Virus record (IMG/VR): IMGVR_UViG_3300040807_002082
Coordinates: 1-64,000 of that record
DNA from: a virus
Reading direction: 5' to 3' (one strand)
DNA: 64,000 bases
Shown here: positions 54,855-64,000 of the stretch, piece by piece
How the letters are laid out: each line of letters begins with the position of its first letter
How positions within the stretch are numbered: the first letter of the stretch is position 1
Notes under the pieces: generated by a model
The model's database searches: none
Told to the model about the DNA's origin: nothing
The model's input: only the letters and a program-made list of their open reading frames with translations
Made by a program: the position numbers and the translations under genes

Positions 54855-55541
54855 TTGAATGCACGTCTCATCTCACATAGTCAACCCTCAAATCGAATCC
54901 ACGCTGGCGAACTTGCAGCGCAGGGGCTTGACAACATCCAAGACCTCATCGCCTACGCAGCCCGTGTCTCCAATCCAGCCAATCAGGCTAACACCAAAAC
55001 AACAGCAAAACTACTTGACTATCTCATCAAGCACAAGCACTGGAGCCCCTTCGAAATGGCAAGCGCCTGCATCGAAGTTGACACAACCCGAGACATTGCA
55101 AGACAACTCCTCAGACACCGTTCGTTTTCATTTCAAGAGTTTTCTCAGCGGTATGCTGATGTGCGCGATCTTGATGATTCTGTTGTAATTCGTAAGGCAC
55201 GGTTGCAAGATCCAAAGAATCGCCAAAACAGCGTAATGACTGATGACGTAAGTCTACACCAATCGTGGGAAACACATCAGCGCTTAGTATGGAATGCTGC
55301 GATGAAAGCATATAGCTGGGCAATTGAAAATGGTATTGCCAAAGAACAGGCACGATCTGTTTTGCCCGAAGGAAATACCCCTTCACGTCTATACGTCAAT
55401 GGTACTATTCGTTCTTGGATTCATTATATTGAATTGCGTTCAGCAAATGGAACACAACAGGAACATATGGATTTGGCAATTGCTGTAGCTGAGGCTATAT
55501 CCAAAATTTACCCAGATGTAACTAAATTTATTTCGGAATAA
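54855..55541 (+). CDS. thyX: flavin-dependent thymidylate synthase
   Basis: HWSPFE, RHRSFSFQEFSQRY, AKEQAR.VLP, TQ.EH; TTG start after SD AAGGAG. Confidence 0.95.
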   Translation: MNARLISHSQPSNRIHAGELAAQGLDNIQDLIAYAARVSNPANQANTKTTAKLLDYLIKHKHWSPFEMASACIEVDTTRDIARQLLRHRSFSFQEFSQRYADVRDLDDSVVIRKARLQDPKNRQNSVMTDDVSLHQSWETHQRLVWNAAMKAYSWAIENGIAKEQARSVLPEGNTPSRLYVNGTIRSWIHYIELRSANGTQQEHMDLAIAVAEAISKIYPDVTKFISE

Positions 55542-55585
55542 GACATATATTGATGATGTGTACCAATAAATACAATATGTTGTCT
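55540..55585. promoter_or_regulatory. tandem NrdR-box-like operators flanking a late promoter before nrdA
   Basis: ATACAATATGTTGTCT (55570) and AAGACATATATTGATG (55540) versus consensus acaCwAtATaTwGtgt; AATAAATA at 55565. Confidence 0.6.
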
Positions 55586-55612
55586 TAATAGATTATTAGA
55601 AAAGGAAAACCT

Positions 55613-57910
55613 ATGATTCAGGTAGTAAAACGTGATGGGCGTAAAGAAACACTAGATATCGAGAAATTTCACAAAGTTGTATTCCATGCTTGTGAAGATG
55701 TCACTGGTGTTAGCCCATCGGAAGTGGAAATCAAAAGCCAAATCCAATTTTTCAATGGAATGTCAACAAAAGAAATTCAGGAAACATTGATTAAAGCTGC
55801 GTCTGATCTGATTTCTGAAGAGACTCCAAATTATCAATTTGTTGGCGGCCGTTTGATTAATTACGCTTTACGAAAAGAAGTCTATGGATCCTTTGAACCG
55901 ATCCACGTTAAGGAATTGGTTGAACGTAATACTGAGCATGGCTTTTACGATCCTGAATTAATTACTTATTACAATGATGAAGAATGGGACAAGATCAATG
56001 GTTTCATTAAGCATCAGCGTGATGAACAACTAACATATGTTGCCATGGAACAATTGCGTGGCAAATATCTGTGCCAAAACAGAGTTACAGGAGAAATCTT
56101 TGAAACACCGCAAATGTGTTATATCTTGATTGCTGCAACTCTTTTCAATAACTACCCAAAAGAAACCCGTTTGAAATGGGTTAAGGACTATTATGACGCC
56201 ATCTCTCTTCACGATATCAGCCTTCCTACTCCTGTCATGGCAGGTGTACGTACTCCTCAACGTCAGTTCTCGTCGTGCGTACTTATCGAAACAGGTGATT
56301 CCCTTGACAGCATTAATGCTACTTCTAGTAGCATCGTTAAGTACGTATCCCAAAAAGCAGGAATTGGAATTGGGGCTGGTTCAATCCGCGCTATCGGTTC
56401 ACCTATTAGGAAAGGAGACGCGTACCACACAGGAGTAATTCCTTTCTATAAGCACTTCCAATCTGCAACTAAATCTTGTTCTCAAGGTGGTGTTCGTGGC
56501 GGTGCTGCAACTTTGTATTATCCTATTTGGCATTATGAAGTTGAAGATTTGGTTGTCTTAAAAAACAACAAAGGTACCGAAGACAACCGCGTACGCCATA
56601 TGGACTACGGTGTTCAATTCAACAAACTAATGTATGAACGTTTAATCAAAGGTGAAGAAATTACATTGTTCTCTCCTAAAGATGTCCCAGGTTTGTATGA
56701 TGCGTTCTTTGCGGATCAAGACAAGTTTCGTGAGCTATATGAAAAAGCTGAACGCGCCACGAGTATTCGCAAGAAGAAAATTCCTGCGGCTCAGCTGTTC
56801 AGTATGTTTATGGAAGAACGCAAAAATACTGGTCGCATTTATCTACAAAACGTTGATAACGCAAATGATCATGGCGCGTTTTGGCCTGAGGTTGCGCCGA
56901 TTCGTCAATCAAACCTTTGCGCTGAAATTGATTTGCCAACCAAACCATTGAATGATATTAATGATCCTGAAGGTGAAATCTCTCTATGTACTCTAAGTGC
57001 TATTAACTGGGGTAACGTTAAATCGCCGGCAGATTTTGAAAAGGCATGTACACTTGCTGTTCGTGGTCTAGATGCTCTACTTTCATACCAAAATTATCCT
57101 ATTTTGGCTGCACAGCTTTCTACTGAAAAGCGTCGTCCTATTGGTGTTGGTATTATTAACTTTGCATATTGGTTGGCTAAGCAAGATTTGACATATCAAG
57201 ATATTACTCCTGAAGGTCTTGAGCTGATTGACGAATATGCCGAAGCATGGTCCTATTATCTGATTAAGGCATCAGCCGATCTCGCGGTTGAGCAAGGCGC
57301 CATTCCCGGTGTAATGGAAACTAAATACGGTAACGGTATTACGCCAAACCAAACATACAAGAAGGATCTCGACGATCTTGTTCCTCACAAAGAGCGTATG
57401 GATTGGAATGGTTTGCGCCGTCAACTTAAAGATACAGGCATTCGTAATTCTACCTTAATGGCATTGATGCCTTCAGAAACAAGTGCACAAGTTGCCAACG
57501 CTACGAACGGTATTGAACCACCTCGGTCGTTGATTTCCGTTAAGCAATCAAAGCACGGTGTACTCAAGCAGGTGGTTCCACAATTCCACCATTTGAAAAA
57601 TAAGTATGATTTGCTGTGGGATCAAAAATCTCCGCAAGGATACTTAAAGATTATGGCTGTTCTTCAGAAATACATTGACCAAGGTATCTCTGTCAATACA
57701 AGTTATAATCCGCAATTCTTTGAAGATGAAAAGATTCCAATGAGCGTGTTACTACAAGACCTTCTTATGTTCTATAAGTATGGAGGTAAGCAATTGTATT
57801 ACTTCAATACATATGATGGTCAAGGCGAACTTGATATTGATAAGATGACTGAAGAACCCCTTGCTCAAGGCGAAGTTGACGATGACGATTGCGAGTCTTG
57901 TAAAATCTAA
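55613..57910 (+). CDS. nrdA: class Ia ribonucleotide reductase alpha subunit with ATP cone
   Basis: VVKRDG, QFSSC, QSNLCAEI, YYFNT, C-terminal CESC. Confidence 0.97.
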   Translation: MIQVVKRDGRKETLDIEKFHKVVFHACEDVTGVSPSEVEIKSQIQFFNGMSTKEIQETLIKAASDLISEETPNYQFVGGRLINYALRKEVYGSFEPIHVKELVERNTEHGFYDPELITYYNDEEWDKINGFIKHQRDEQLTYVAMEQLRGKYLCQNRVTGEIFETPQMCYILIAATLFNNYPKETRLKWVKDYYDAISLHDISLPTPVMAGVRTPQRQFSSCVLIETGDSLDSINATSSSIVKYVSQKAGIGIGAGSIRAIGSPIRKGDAYHTGVIPFYKHFQSATKSCSQGGVRGGAATLYYPIWHYEVEDLVVLKNNKGTEDNRVRHMDYGVQFNKLMYERLIKGEEITLFSPKDVPGLYDAFFADQDKFRELYEKAERATSIRKKKIPAAQLFSMFMEERKNTGRIYLQNVDNANDHGAFWPEVAPIRQSNLCAEIDLPTKPLNDINDPEGEISLCTLSAINWGNVKSPADFEKACTLAVRGLDALLSYQNYPILAAQLSTEKRRPIGVGIINFAYWLAKQDLTYQDITPEGLELIDEYAEAWSYYLIKASADLAVEQGAIPGVMETKYGNGITPNQTYKKDLDDLVPHKERMDWNGLRRQLKDTGIRNSTLMALMPSETSAQVANATNGIEPPRSLISVKQSKHGVLKQVVPQFHHLKNKYDLLWDQKSPQGYLKIMAVLQKYIDQGISVNTSYNPQFFEDEKIPMSVLLQDLLMFYKYGGKQLYYFNTYDGQGELDIDKMTEEPLAQGEVDDDDCESCKI

Positions 57911-57973
57911 TTGACATTTATTTAATTTGTGATATATTTGAAAATATATTAATCAAAAAAAGAAGGAAAACGA

Positions 57974-59101
57974 ATGAGTGTATTCGACGTACAAAACCGT
58001 GTTGACCATACAGCTGTTGCGGCATTTTTGGATCCTAGCGGTGGTCCTACAATTCAACGCTATGATACACTAAAGTATAAGCAATTTGACCAATTGACTG
58101 ATAAGCAATTAGGTTTCTTTTGGCGTCCTGAAGAAGTTGATATTTACAAAGATGCAAAAGATTTCAAAAATTTAACTGAGCACGAACAGCATATCTTTAC
58201 TTCCAATCTAAAGCGCCAAATCCTTCTTGATTCTGTTCAAGGCCGTGCACCTGCTGAAAGCTTTGGTTCTATTGTTTCGTTACCTGAACTTGAAAATTGG
58301 ATTATCACTTGGACGTTTTCTGAAACAATCCACAGCCGTTCTTATACGCATATTATTCGTAACGTATATTCAAATCCGTCTAAGATCTTTGATGAAATGA
58401 TGGATATTCAAGAAATCGTTGATTGTGCTGATTCCATTTCAGGCTATTATGATGAGCTCATTAAAATGGCAGGTTACTACAATTTGTTGGGTGAAGGCCG
58501 TCACGCTATCAACGGCGACATTGTTGCTGTAGATCTATATGAAATGAAAAAGCTTTTATACCTTACGCTGATGAGCGTAAACATTTTAGAAGGAGTTCGT
58601 TTCTATGTATCATTTGCGTGCTCGTGGGCGTTTGCCGAGCTCAAGAAAATGGAAGGTAACGCTAAGATTATTAAGCTTATTGCTCGTGATGAGAATCTCC
58701 ATTTGGCTTCAACGCAAATGATGTTAAAATTGCTTCGTAAAGAAGATCCTGACTTTGAAAAGATTGCGACTGAAACTGAAGAAGCATGTATTCAAATGTT
58801 TGTAGACGCAGTTGACCAAGAAAAAGCTTGGGCTGAATACCTATTCAAAGATGGGAGTATGATTGGATTAAATACTGAGCTGTTGAGTCAATACATTGAG
58901 TATATTGCCAATCGCCGTATGACCAATGTTAAATTAAAATCTCCTTACAATATTAAAAACAATCCATTACCGTGGACACAAAAATGGATTTCAGGCGCAG
59001 AGGTGCAGGTTGCTCCTCAAGAAACTGAAATTACTAGTTATGTACAAGGTGGAACTAAACAAGACGTATCAACTGACACATTTAAAGGATTCTCACTATG
59101 A
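57974..59101 (+). CDS. nrdB: class Ia ribonucleotide reductase beta subunit
   Basis: FFWRPEEV, ETIHSRSY, EGVRFY.SF, DENLH. Confidence 0.97.
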   Translation: MSVFDVQNRVDHTAVAAFLDPSGGPTIQRYDTLKYKQFDQLTDKQLGFFWRPEEVDIYKDAKDFKNLTEHEQHIFTSNLKRQILLDSVQGRAPAESFGSIVSLPELENWIITWTFSETIHSRSYTHIIRNVYSNPSKIFDEMMDIQEIVDCADSISGYYDELIKMAGYYNLLGEGRHAINGDIVAVDLYEMKKLLYLTLMSVNILEGVRFYVSFACSWAFAELKKMEGNAKIIKLIARDENLHLASTQMMLKLLRKEDPDFEKIATETEEACIQMFVDAVDQEKAWAEYLFKDGSMIGLNTELLSQYIEYIANRRMTNVKLKSPYNIKNNPLPWTQKWISGAEVQVAPQETEITSYVQGGTKQDVSTDTFKGFSL

Positions 59102-59352
59102 CCGTAGAAATTTGGGGTAAGGAAGCTTGCCCATCATGTAAATCAGCAAGACAGTTTTGTAGATCTCGAAACCTAGATTTTGATTATAAAATTCTAGGAA
59201 CGGATTTTACTCGTGAAGAAGTGTTTGAAAACTTTCCTGAAGCAAAAACTTTTCCACAGATTAAAGTTAATGGTAGTATCGTTGGTGGTTATGAGGCATT
59301 TGTAAAATACGTTGAGGACACGGGATACACAGGAACTGGTCACTCATTATAA
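59098..59352 (+). CDS. glutaredoxin
   Basis: CPSC, TFPQI, VGGY. Confidence 0.92.
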   Translation: MTVEIWGKEACPSCKSARQFCRSRNLDFDYKILGTDFTREEVFENFPEAKTFPQIKVNGSIVGGYEAFVKYVEDTGYTGTGHSL

Positions 59353-59373
59353 ATAATTCGTAATAATAATTAA

Positions 59374-60582
59374 GTGAGTTATATTATGGATTACTTGCAA
59401 TATTTTGAGGATACGATAAAAGACTTTAAATCCGATGGACGATATAGAGTCTTTAACGATATCATTCGAGAAAAAGGAAATTTTCCTAAAGCAATATGGT
59501 ATGGTAAGTATGCTCCAAAAAATATTGTAAATTGGTGCTCTAATGATTATCTAGGTATGGGTCAAAACCAATATGTTATTGATGCCATGCACACTGCGTT
59601 AGACCAAACAGGCGCAGGTTCTGGCGGTACTCGTAACATCGGCGGGACATCCCAATATCACGTTACCCTTGAGCGGGAACTTGCGCTGCTTCACAACAAA
59701 GAGGCGGCGCTTCTTTTTTCTTCGGCATATGTAGCAAATGAATGGTCGATTATTGCTCTTAGCCGTATTATACCAAATATTTGTTATATTTCGGATACAA
59801 AGAATCATGCTTCTATTATTATGGGTGTTAAGCATAGCCGAGCACCGAAGCATTTGTTTGAACATAACAATATGCAAGACTTGGAAGAAAAACTCGAAAC
59901 CGCAGTTAAGAATAACCAAATCCCTTGTATTCTATTTGAGTCAGTTTATTCCATGGACGGTGATGTATCACCCATCAAAGACATCTGTGATTTAGCAGAT
60001 AAATATGGGGCAATAACTTATATTGATGAAGTTCATGCAGTTGGTTTGTATGGAGACACCGGCGCAGGTTATTGCGAACAGTTAGGTCTCCAAGATAGGA
60101 TAACAATTATAAATGGAACATTGGGAAAAGCCTTTGGGGTTCAAGGTGGGTATATTGCTGGCGATCGCATTGTTACTGACGCTATTCGGTCCGTGGCTTC
60201 TGGGTTCATCTTTACAACAAGTATCTCGCCCGCAATCTGCGCAGGTGCTATTGCCTCCATCAAATATCTCCGTGACCATCCTTCCCTCCGCAGAAGACAT
60301 CAGAAAAAAGCAGAACAATTAAAGTATCTGCTCGGCCACGAAGATATTCATATTCATCAAAACGCGTGCACACATATCGTACCCGTGATGGTTAACGATG
60401 CGTTTAAATGTAAAGCCGCGAGTGACCGTCTATTGAATGATTATGGAATTTATATTCAACCAATTAACAGTCCTACAGTTGATCCTGGTACTGAAAGATT
60501 ACGTATTGCGCCAACCCCTTATCACGACGATATAATGGTTATTGAATTGGTTACTGCATTGAAAGAAGTACTATGTGGGTGA
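59374..60582 (+). CDS. hemA: 5-aminolevulinate synthase (Shemin/C4 pathway)
   Basis: [64 protein letters not shown]. Confidence 0.95.
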   Translation: MSYIMDYLQYFEDTIKDFKSDGRYRVFNDIIREKGNFPKAIWYGKYAPKNIVNWCSNDYLGMGQNQYVIDAMHTALDQTGAGSGGTRNIGGTSQYHVTLERELALLHNKEAALLFSSAYVANEWSIIALSRIIPNICYISDTKNHASIIMGVKHSRAPKHLFEHNNMQDLEEKLETAVKNNQIPCILFESVYSMDGDVSPIKDICDLADKYGAITYIDEVHAVGLYGDTGAGYCEQLGLQDRITIINGTLGKAFGVQGGYIAGDRIVTDAIRSVASGFIFTTSISPAICAGAIASIKYLRDHPSLRRRHQKKAEQLKYLLGHEDIHIHQNACTHIVPVMVNDAFKCKAASDRLLNDYGIYIQPINSPTVDPGTERLRIAPTPYHDDIMVIELVTALKEVLCG

Positions 60583-60749
60583 TAAGAAATAAAGAAGGCG
60601 AATTGATTGGTATGTCTCCACGTAAAGAAGAAGCAATTAATATGGCTGAAAGAAACTATAAACGTGATGAATATATAATTGAAGAAGCGTTAGATCAGAT
60701 TGAGTTGTTTCAAATCTATCGTTCTTATTATAAAACGAGGTCAATATGA
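60573..60749 (+). CDS. 58-aa hypothetical protein
   Basis: Hand translation [28 protein letters not shown]...; overlaps both neighbours. Confidence 0.6.
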   Translation: MWVIRNKEGELIGMSPRKEEAINMAERNYKRDEYIIEEALDQIELFQIYRSYYKTRSI

Positions 60750-61222
60750 ATCAACTTGAAGCCGCATTTTTCGGCAAAACAATATGGAAGAAAGAGAATA
60801 AGATGACTAAATTGAAAAAAGCATTCTGGTTTGTACTTGGTATTTTGTGTTTGGGTATTGCATACCTAGGCGTAATTCTACCAGGTATTCCGTGGAGTAC
60901 CCCGATCCTTGGCGCAGCATTTTGCTTTGCTAAGTCGAGCGAAAAGTTCCACAATTGGATTATGAACCATAAACTGTTTGGACCATTCATTACCGAATGG
61001 CAAACGTATAAAGTATATCCACAAAAAGGCAAGTATATTATGATGGCGGTTATGTCAACATCACTTGCCGTAATGTGGTTTGGTACAGGCAATCCGATGG
61101 CAACGTTATACTTGTTTATCTTGTTTGCTTTGATTGTTACGTGGGCATGGAGATTTCCAGGTTCGAAAGAAGAAGCACAGCGTCGTATTGATGCAGGAGA
61201 GAAGCTTGGCTGGTTTAAATAA
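60746..61222 (+). CDS. ybaN: YbaN/DUF454 inner-membrane protein
   Basis: G..LPG.P...P...AA.CF.KSS..FH.W..NH..FGP.I..W. Confidence 0.88.
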   Translation: MNQLEAAFFGKTIWKKENKMTKLKKAFWFVLGILCLGIAYLGVILPGIPWSTPILGAAFCFAKSSEKFHNWIMNHKLFGPFITEWQTYKVYPQKGKYIMMAVMSTSLAVMWFGTGNPMATLYLFILFALIVTWAWRFPGSKEEAQRRIDAGEKLGWFK

Positions 61223-61307
61223 AGAAGAACATAAGGATTGGTGCGCTAGCTTAAATACACTACTTTTAAGCCATCCACCAAAACCTGCACCTTGTAATTG
61301 TAGATAA
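61206..61307 (+). CDS. 33-aa His/Cys peptide
   Basis: Hand translation (TTG, SD GGAG) MAGLNKEEHKDWCASLNTLLLSHPPKPAPCNCR. Confidence 0.45.
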   Translation: MAGLNKEEHKDWCASLNTLLLSHPPKPAPCNCR

Positions 61308-61393
61308 ATAAAGATAATAACGCCCCTCAGGCCACGTATATCAGCTCTAACCGAGGGGTCACTTTTCACAATGATTTTGATGACGGAGACATT

Positions 61394-62419
61394 ATGGCAA
61401 AACGAATTCTTATCACCGGTGGCGGTGGTTTCATTGCGCATCACTTAATTAATCAAGTACTTATCCGAACAGATTGGGAAATTGTAACGCTTGATCGCTT
61501 AGATTACAGTGGCAACCTTAATCGCTTACACGATTTGCTACAAGACAGGACACCTGCTGAACGCAAAAGAGTACGAACAATCTTTCATGATTTAAAAGCA
61601 GAAATCAACCCAATGCTCGAAGCAGACATTGGTCCTGTTGATATTATTGCCCATCTTGCAGCAGGTTCTCACGTTGACCGTTCTATTGAGCGCCCAATGG
61701 AATTTGTAATGGACAATGTTGTTGGTACTTGTAACCTATTAGAATATGCTCGACGTCAGGACAATCTTGAAAGATTCCTTTATTTCTCAACAGATGAAGT
61801 ATTCGGCCCAGCACCTGAAGGAGTAAAATACGATGAGTATGATCGTTATAATTCAACTAATCCGTACTCTGCGTCAAAGGCGGGCGGCGAAGAACTTGCG
61901 GTAGCATTCCAAAATACTTATAATATGCCAATCTATATTACGCATACTATGAACGTATTTGGCCAACGCCAGCATCCTGAGAAATTTATTCCTTTATGTA
62001 TCCGTAAAGCTCGCGATGGTGAAACGGTAACAATTCACAGTGATGAAACAAAAACAATTCCAGGAAGCCGTCATTATATCCATGCCGAAGACGTGGCTGA
62101 TGCTACACTCTTTTTGTTAGAACATAACAATACTTTGGATATGACAAATAACACAGGAATCAAATGTCCTAAGTTTAATATTTGTGGTGCAACCGAATTG
62201 AATAATCTTGAGCTTGCACAAATGATTGCTGATGCACAAGGAAAGGAATTGAAATATGAGTTTATGGACTTCCATAGCAGTCGTCCTGGTCACGATTTGC
62301 GTTATGCTCTTAGTGGGGATCGCATGTTACGTATGGGCTGGGGCCCACAACCAGTTGAACGACGAATTGAAGAAGTTGTTAGATGGACTTTAGATAACAC
62401 AAGGTGGCTTGATATATGA
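61394..62419 (+). CDS. rmlB: dTDP-glucose 4,6-dehydratase-like SDR
   Basis: TGGGGFI, HLAA.SHVDRSI, STDEVFG, NPYSASK, RPGHDLRY. Confidence 0.88.
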   Translation: MAKRILITGGGGFIAHHLINQVLIRTDWEIVTLDRLDYSGNLNRLHDLLQDRTPAERKRVRTIFHDLKAEINPMLEADIGPVDIIAHLAAGSHVDRSIERPMEFVMDNVVGTCNLLEYARRQDNLERFLYFSTDEVFGPAPEGVKYDEYDRYNSTNPYSASKAGGEELAVAFQNTYNMPIYITHTMNVFGQRQHPEKFIPLCIRKARDGETVTIHSDETKTIPGSRHYIHAEDVADATLFLLEHNNTLDMTNNTGIKCPKFNICGATELNNLELAQMIADAQGKELKYEFMDFHSSRPGHDLRYALSGDRMLRMGWGPQPVERRIEEVVRWTLDNTRWLDI

Positions 62420-62982
62420 AATGGGAAGAATACATTCAACGAGAATATGAAAAATCGTTGTATGCTGAACGATCTGATATTAATGAACACTTGCCTATCT
62501 TGGCAAGCCTAGCTATTGAATGCGATCACGTCACTGAGATGGGAAGCCGTTTCGGTGACAGTACTCGAGCATTCTTAACAACAAACGCAAAGTTTGTTGC
62601 ATACGATTTAGAATTAGTTGATTCGGTTCAAGTTTTGTTTGATAAAGCAAAGGCTGCAGGTAAAGATGTATCATACATCAAAGCGGATACAAGACAACTT
62701 GAGATTGAAGAAACTGATATGTTGTTTATTGATACTTGGCACAGCGGTGTTCAACTTCAGCAAGAGTTGAAATTGCATGGAAATAAAGCACGCAAATACC
62801 TTGCATTCCACGATACTCAAACTTATGGGTTAATGGATGAAAGTTGGGACAAGCAACGCCAAATTCACCACGGTGAAGGATTGCTACCTGCAATTATTAA
62901 CTTTATGATTGTTAATCCGCACTGGCGGTTTAAACTTCACCGAACAAATAATAATGGATTGACTGTTTTAGAAAGAGGATAA
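62416..62982 (+). CDS. class I SAM methyltransferase-like protein
   Basis: SDINEHL, TEMG.R.G.ST, FIDTWH, FHDT, NNNGLTVL. Confidence 0.78.
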   Translation: MKWEEYIQREYEKSLYAERSDINEHLPILASLAIECDHVTEMGSRFGDSTRAFLTTNAKFVAYDLELVDSVQVLFDKAKAAGKDVSYIKADTRQLEIEETDMLFIDTWHSGVQLQQELKLHGNKARKYLAFHDTQTYGLMDESWDKQRQIHHGEGLLPAIINFMIVNPHWRFKLHRTNNNGLTVLERG

Positions 62983-62983
62983 T

Positions 62984-64000
62984 ATGGCGGGAAAAGTTAT
63001 TGACGTATTTCCATTTTTTGCACCTTACAACGAAGAGTTACTTTATCTTCGAGTAAACTTGCTAAAGGATCACGTTGACCACTTCATTATTGTTGAAAGC
63101 AATAAGACTCATTCTGGGTTGCCTGTTGAGCGAAAGTTTGAAGAGATTGCTCGTAAGCAAGGTCTTCCGATGGAAAAGATCATTTATATTCCACATGATA
63201 TTCCTGAAACTGAAGATCTTGAAATTCGTAACATTGACCGTAAGAACGCGGGTGAGAACGGACGTAATGAAGAATCGGTACAAGCACGTTGCCGTGAACG
63301 TCTACAAAAAGATGCGGCAATGTCTGTTATTGACCAATTTGATAATGATGACGTTTTCATTTATGGCGATATGGATGAGATCATCAATCCTCGTCACATT
63401 AAATGGGTAGCAAATATTGCACGTAATAATGAAGATTGGATTCTAAAGATTCCTCTTGTATATTTACAAGGACGTGCTGATTTGCGCATTCATCATCGCA
63501 ATGGTAAGCCTGTTGTTTGGTGGCGTGCTATGTTCTTTGTAACACGAAATCAATTAAGAGAAACAACGTTTAACAATATCCGCTGTGGATATATTCCATT
63601 GAAGATTACTTGGCCTGCACAGAATGGCCAAATCATTCAAGATATGGGTTGGCACTTTGCTTGGATGGGTAATAACGAACAGCGTAAAATTAAAGCTGAC
63701 TCGTTTGCTCACGCACACGATAAATTCAAGTGGATGGCTGAAGGTGAAGGATACAATTCAGACGCATATCAAGCATATGTTTCAACAACCCAACCTGCAG
63801 AAGGTAAGGTTGCGCCAGATGGAAATGAAGATCATATTTTAAAACGGTATCCTATTGCCGAATTGCCTGATCTTATTTTTGAAACACCTATGGTTAAAGA
63901 TTTCCTATTGCCTGAAACTAAAGTCGGTCAAGAGTTTGCCTTTAACGATTGCGGTTGTTATTGGTGCCAAAAACTTGAATGGCCGTTAATGTACGATCTT
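62984..64000 (+). CDS. GT17-like glycosyltransferase, runs off window
   Basis: Hand translation MAGKVIDVFPFF...E.LL.LR..L...VD.F..VESN.THSG; GDMDEI, GWHFAW. Confidence 0.8.
   Translation, partial: MAGKVIDVFPFFAPYNEELLYLRVNLLKDHVDHFIIVESNKTHSGLPVERKFEEIARKQGLPMEKIIYIPHDIPETEDLEIRNIDRKNAGENGRNEESVQARCRERLQKDAAMSVIDQFDNDDVFIYGDMDEIINPRHIKWVANIARNNEDWILKIPLVYLQGRADLRIHHRNGKPVVWWRAMFFVTRNQLRETTFNNIRCGYIPLKITWPAQNGQIIQDMGWHFAWMGNNEQRKIKADSFAHAHDKFKWMAEGEGYNSDAYQAYVSTTQPAEGKVAPDGNEDHILKRYPIAELPDLIFETPMVKDFLLPETKVGQEFAFNDCGCYWCQKLEWPLMYDL

Noticed and set aside
12562-59101. Introns, inteins or a gene-60-type bypass in topoisomerase, polymerase, helicase, nrdA, nrdB
   Set aside because: All are continuous and of normal length.
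63062-63842. Short ORFs in the last kilobase
   Set aside because: Off-frame to the GT17-like gene starting at 62984 that runs off the window.
1-64000. CRISPR array, integrase, transposase, rRNA, alternative genetic code
   Set aside because: None seen by eye; core genes are full length under the standard code and all three stop codons are used.

Overview
64 kb of an AT-rich T4-like (Tevenvirinae/Kyanoviridae-type) myovirus genome, most likely marine. The host is probably an alphaproteobacterium: it has a Shemin-pathway ALA synthase, a circularly permuted two-piece tmRNA with tag ANDNFAPSESFALAA, DUF1127 proteins, an FdxA ferredoxin and an acidic porin. Core T4-type genes: topoisomerase gp52 and fused gp39+60, gp3, UvsY, UvsW, gp55, gp47/46, gp43, gp33, gp59, gp32, UvsX, gp41, gp61, ThyX, NrdAB, glutaredoxin, four tRNAs, and a GH19 endolysin with overlapping spanins. 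The accessory content is the unusual part. (1) A dispersed heme supply-and-use set: ALA synthase, YbaN, heme oxygenase, PcyX-type bilin reductase, ferredoxin and an intact cytochrome P450. (2) Late genes carrying T4 capsid-targeting-like N-termini and repeated prohead-protease-like sites, including a nuclease-like, a ligase-like and a HIGH-nucleotidyltransferase polyprotein; these are candidate enzymes packaged into the head and injected. (3) Several glycan loci (KdsB, GmhA-like, GalE, RmlB, glycosyl-, methyl- and two sulfotransferases). (4) A cis-regulatory layer: NrdR-like boxes before nrdA, antisense sigma70 promoters opposing late genes, SD-occluding hairpins and leaderless late mRNAs. About a dozen small ORFs missed by the supplied track were found by hand, including a 9-Cys metallothionein-like peptide and an acidic early peptide. 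All product calls rest on motif recognition by eye; no database search was run.
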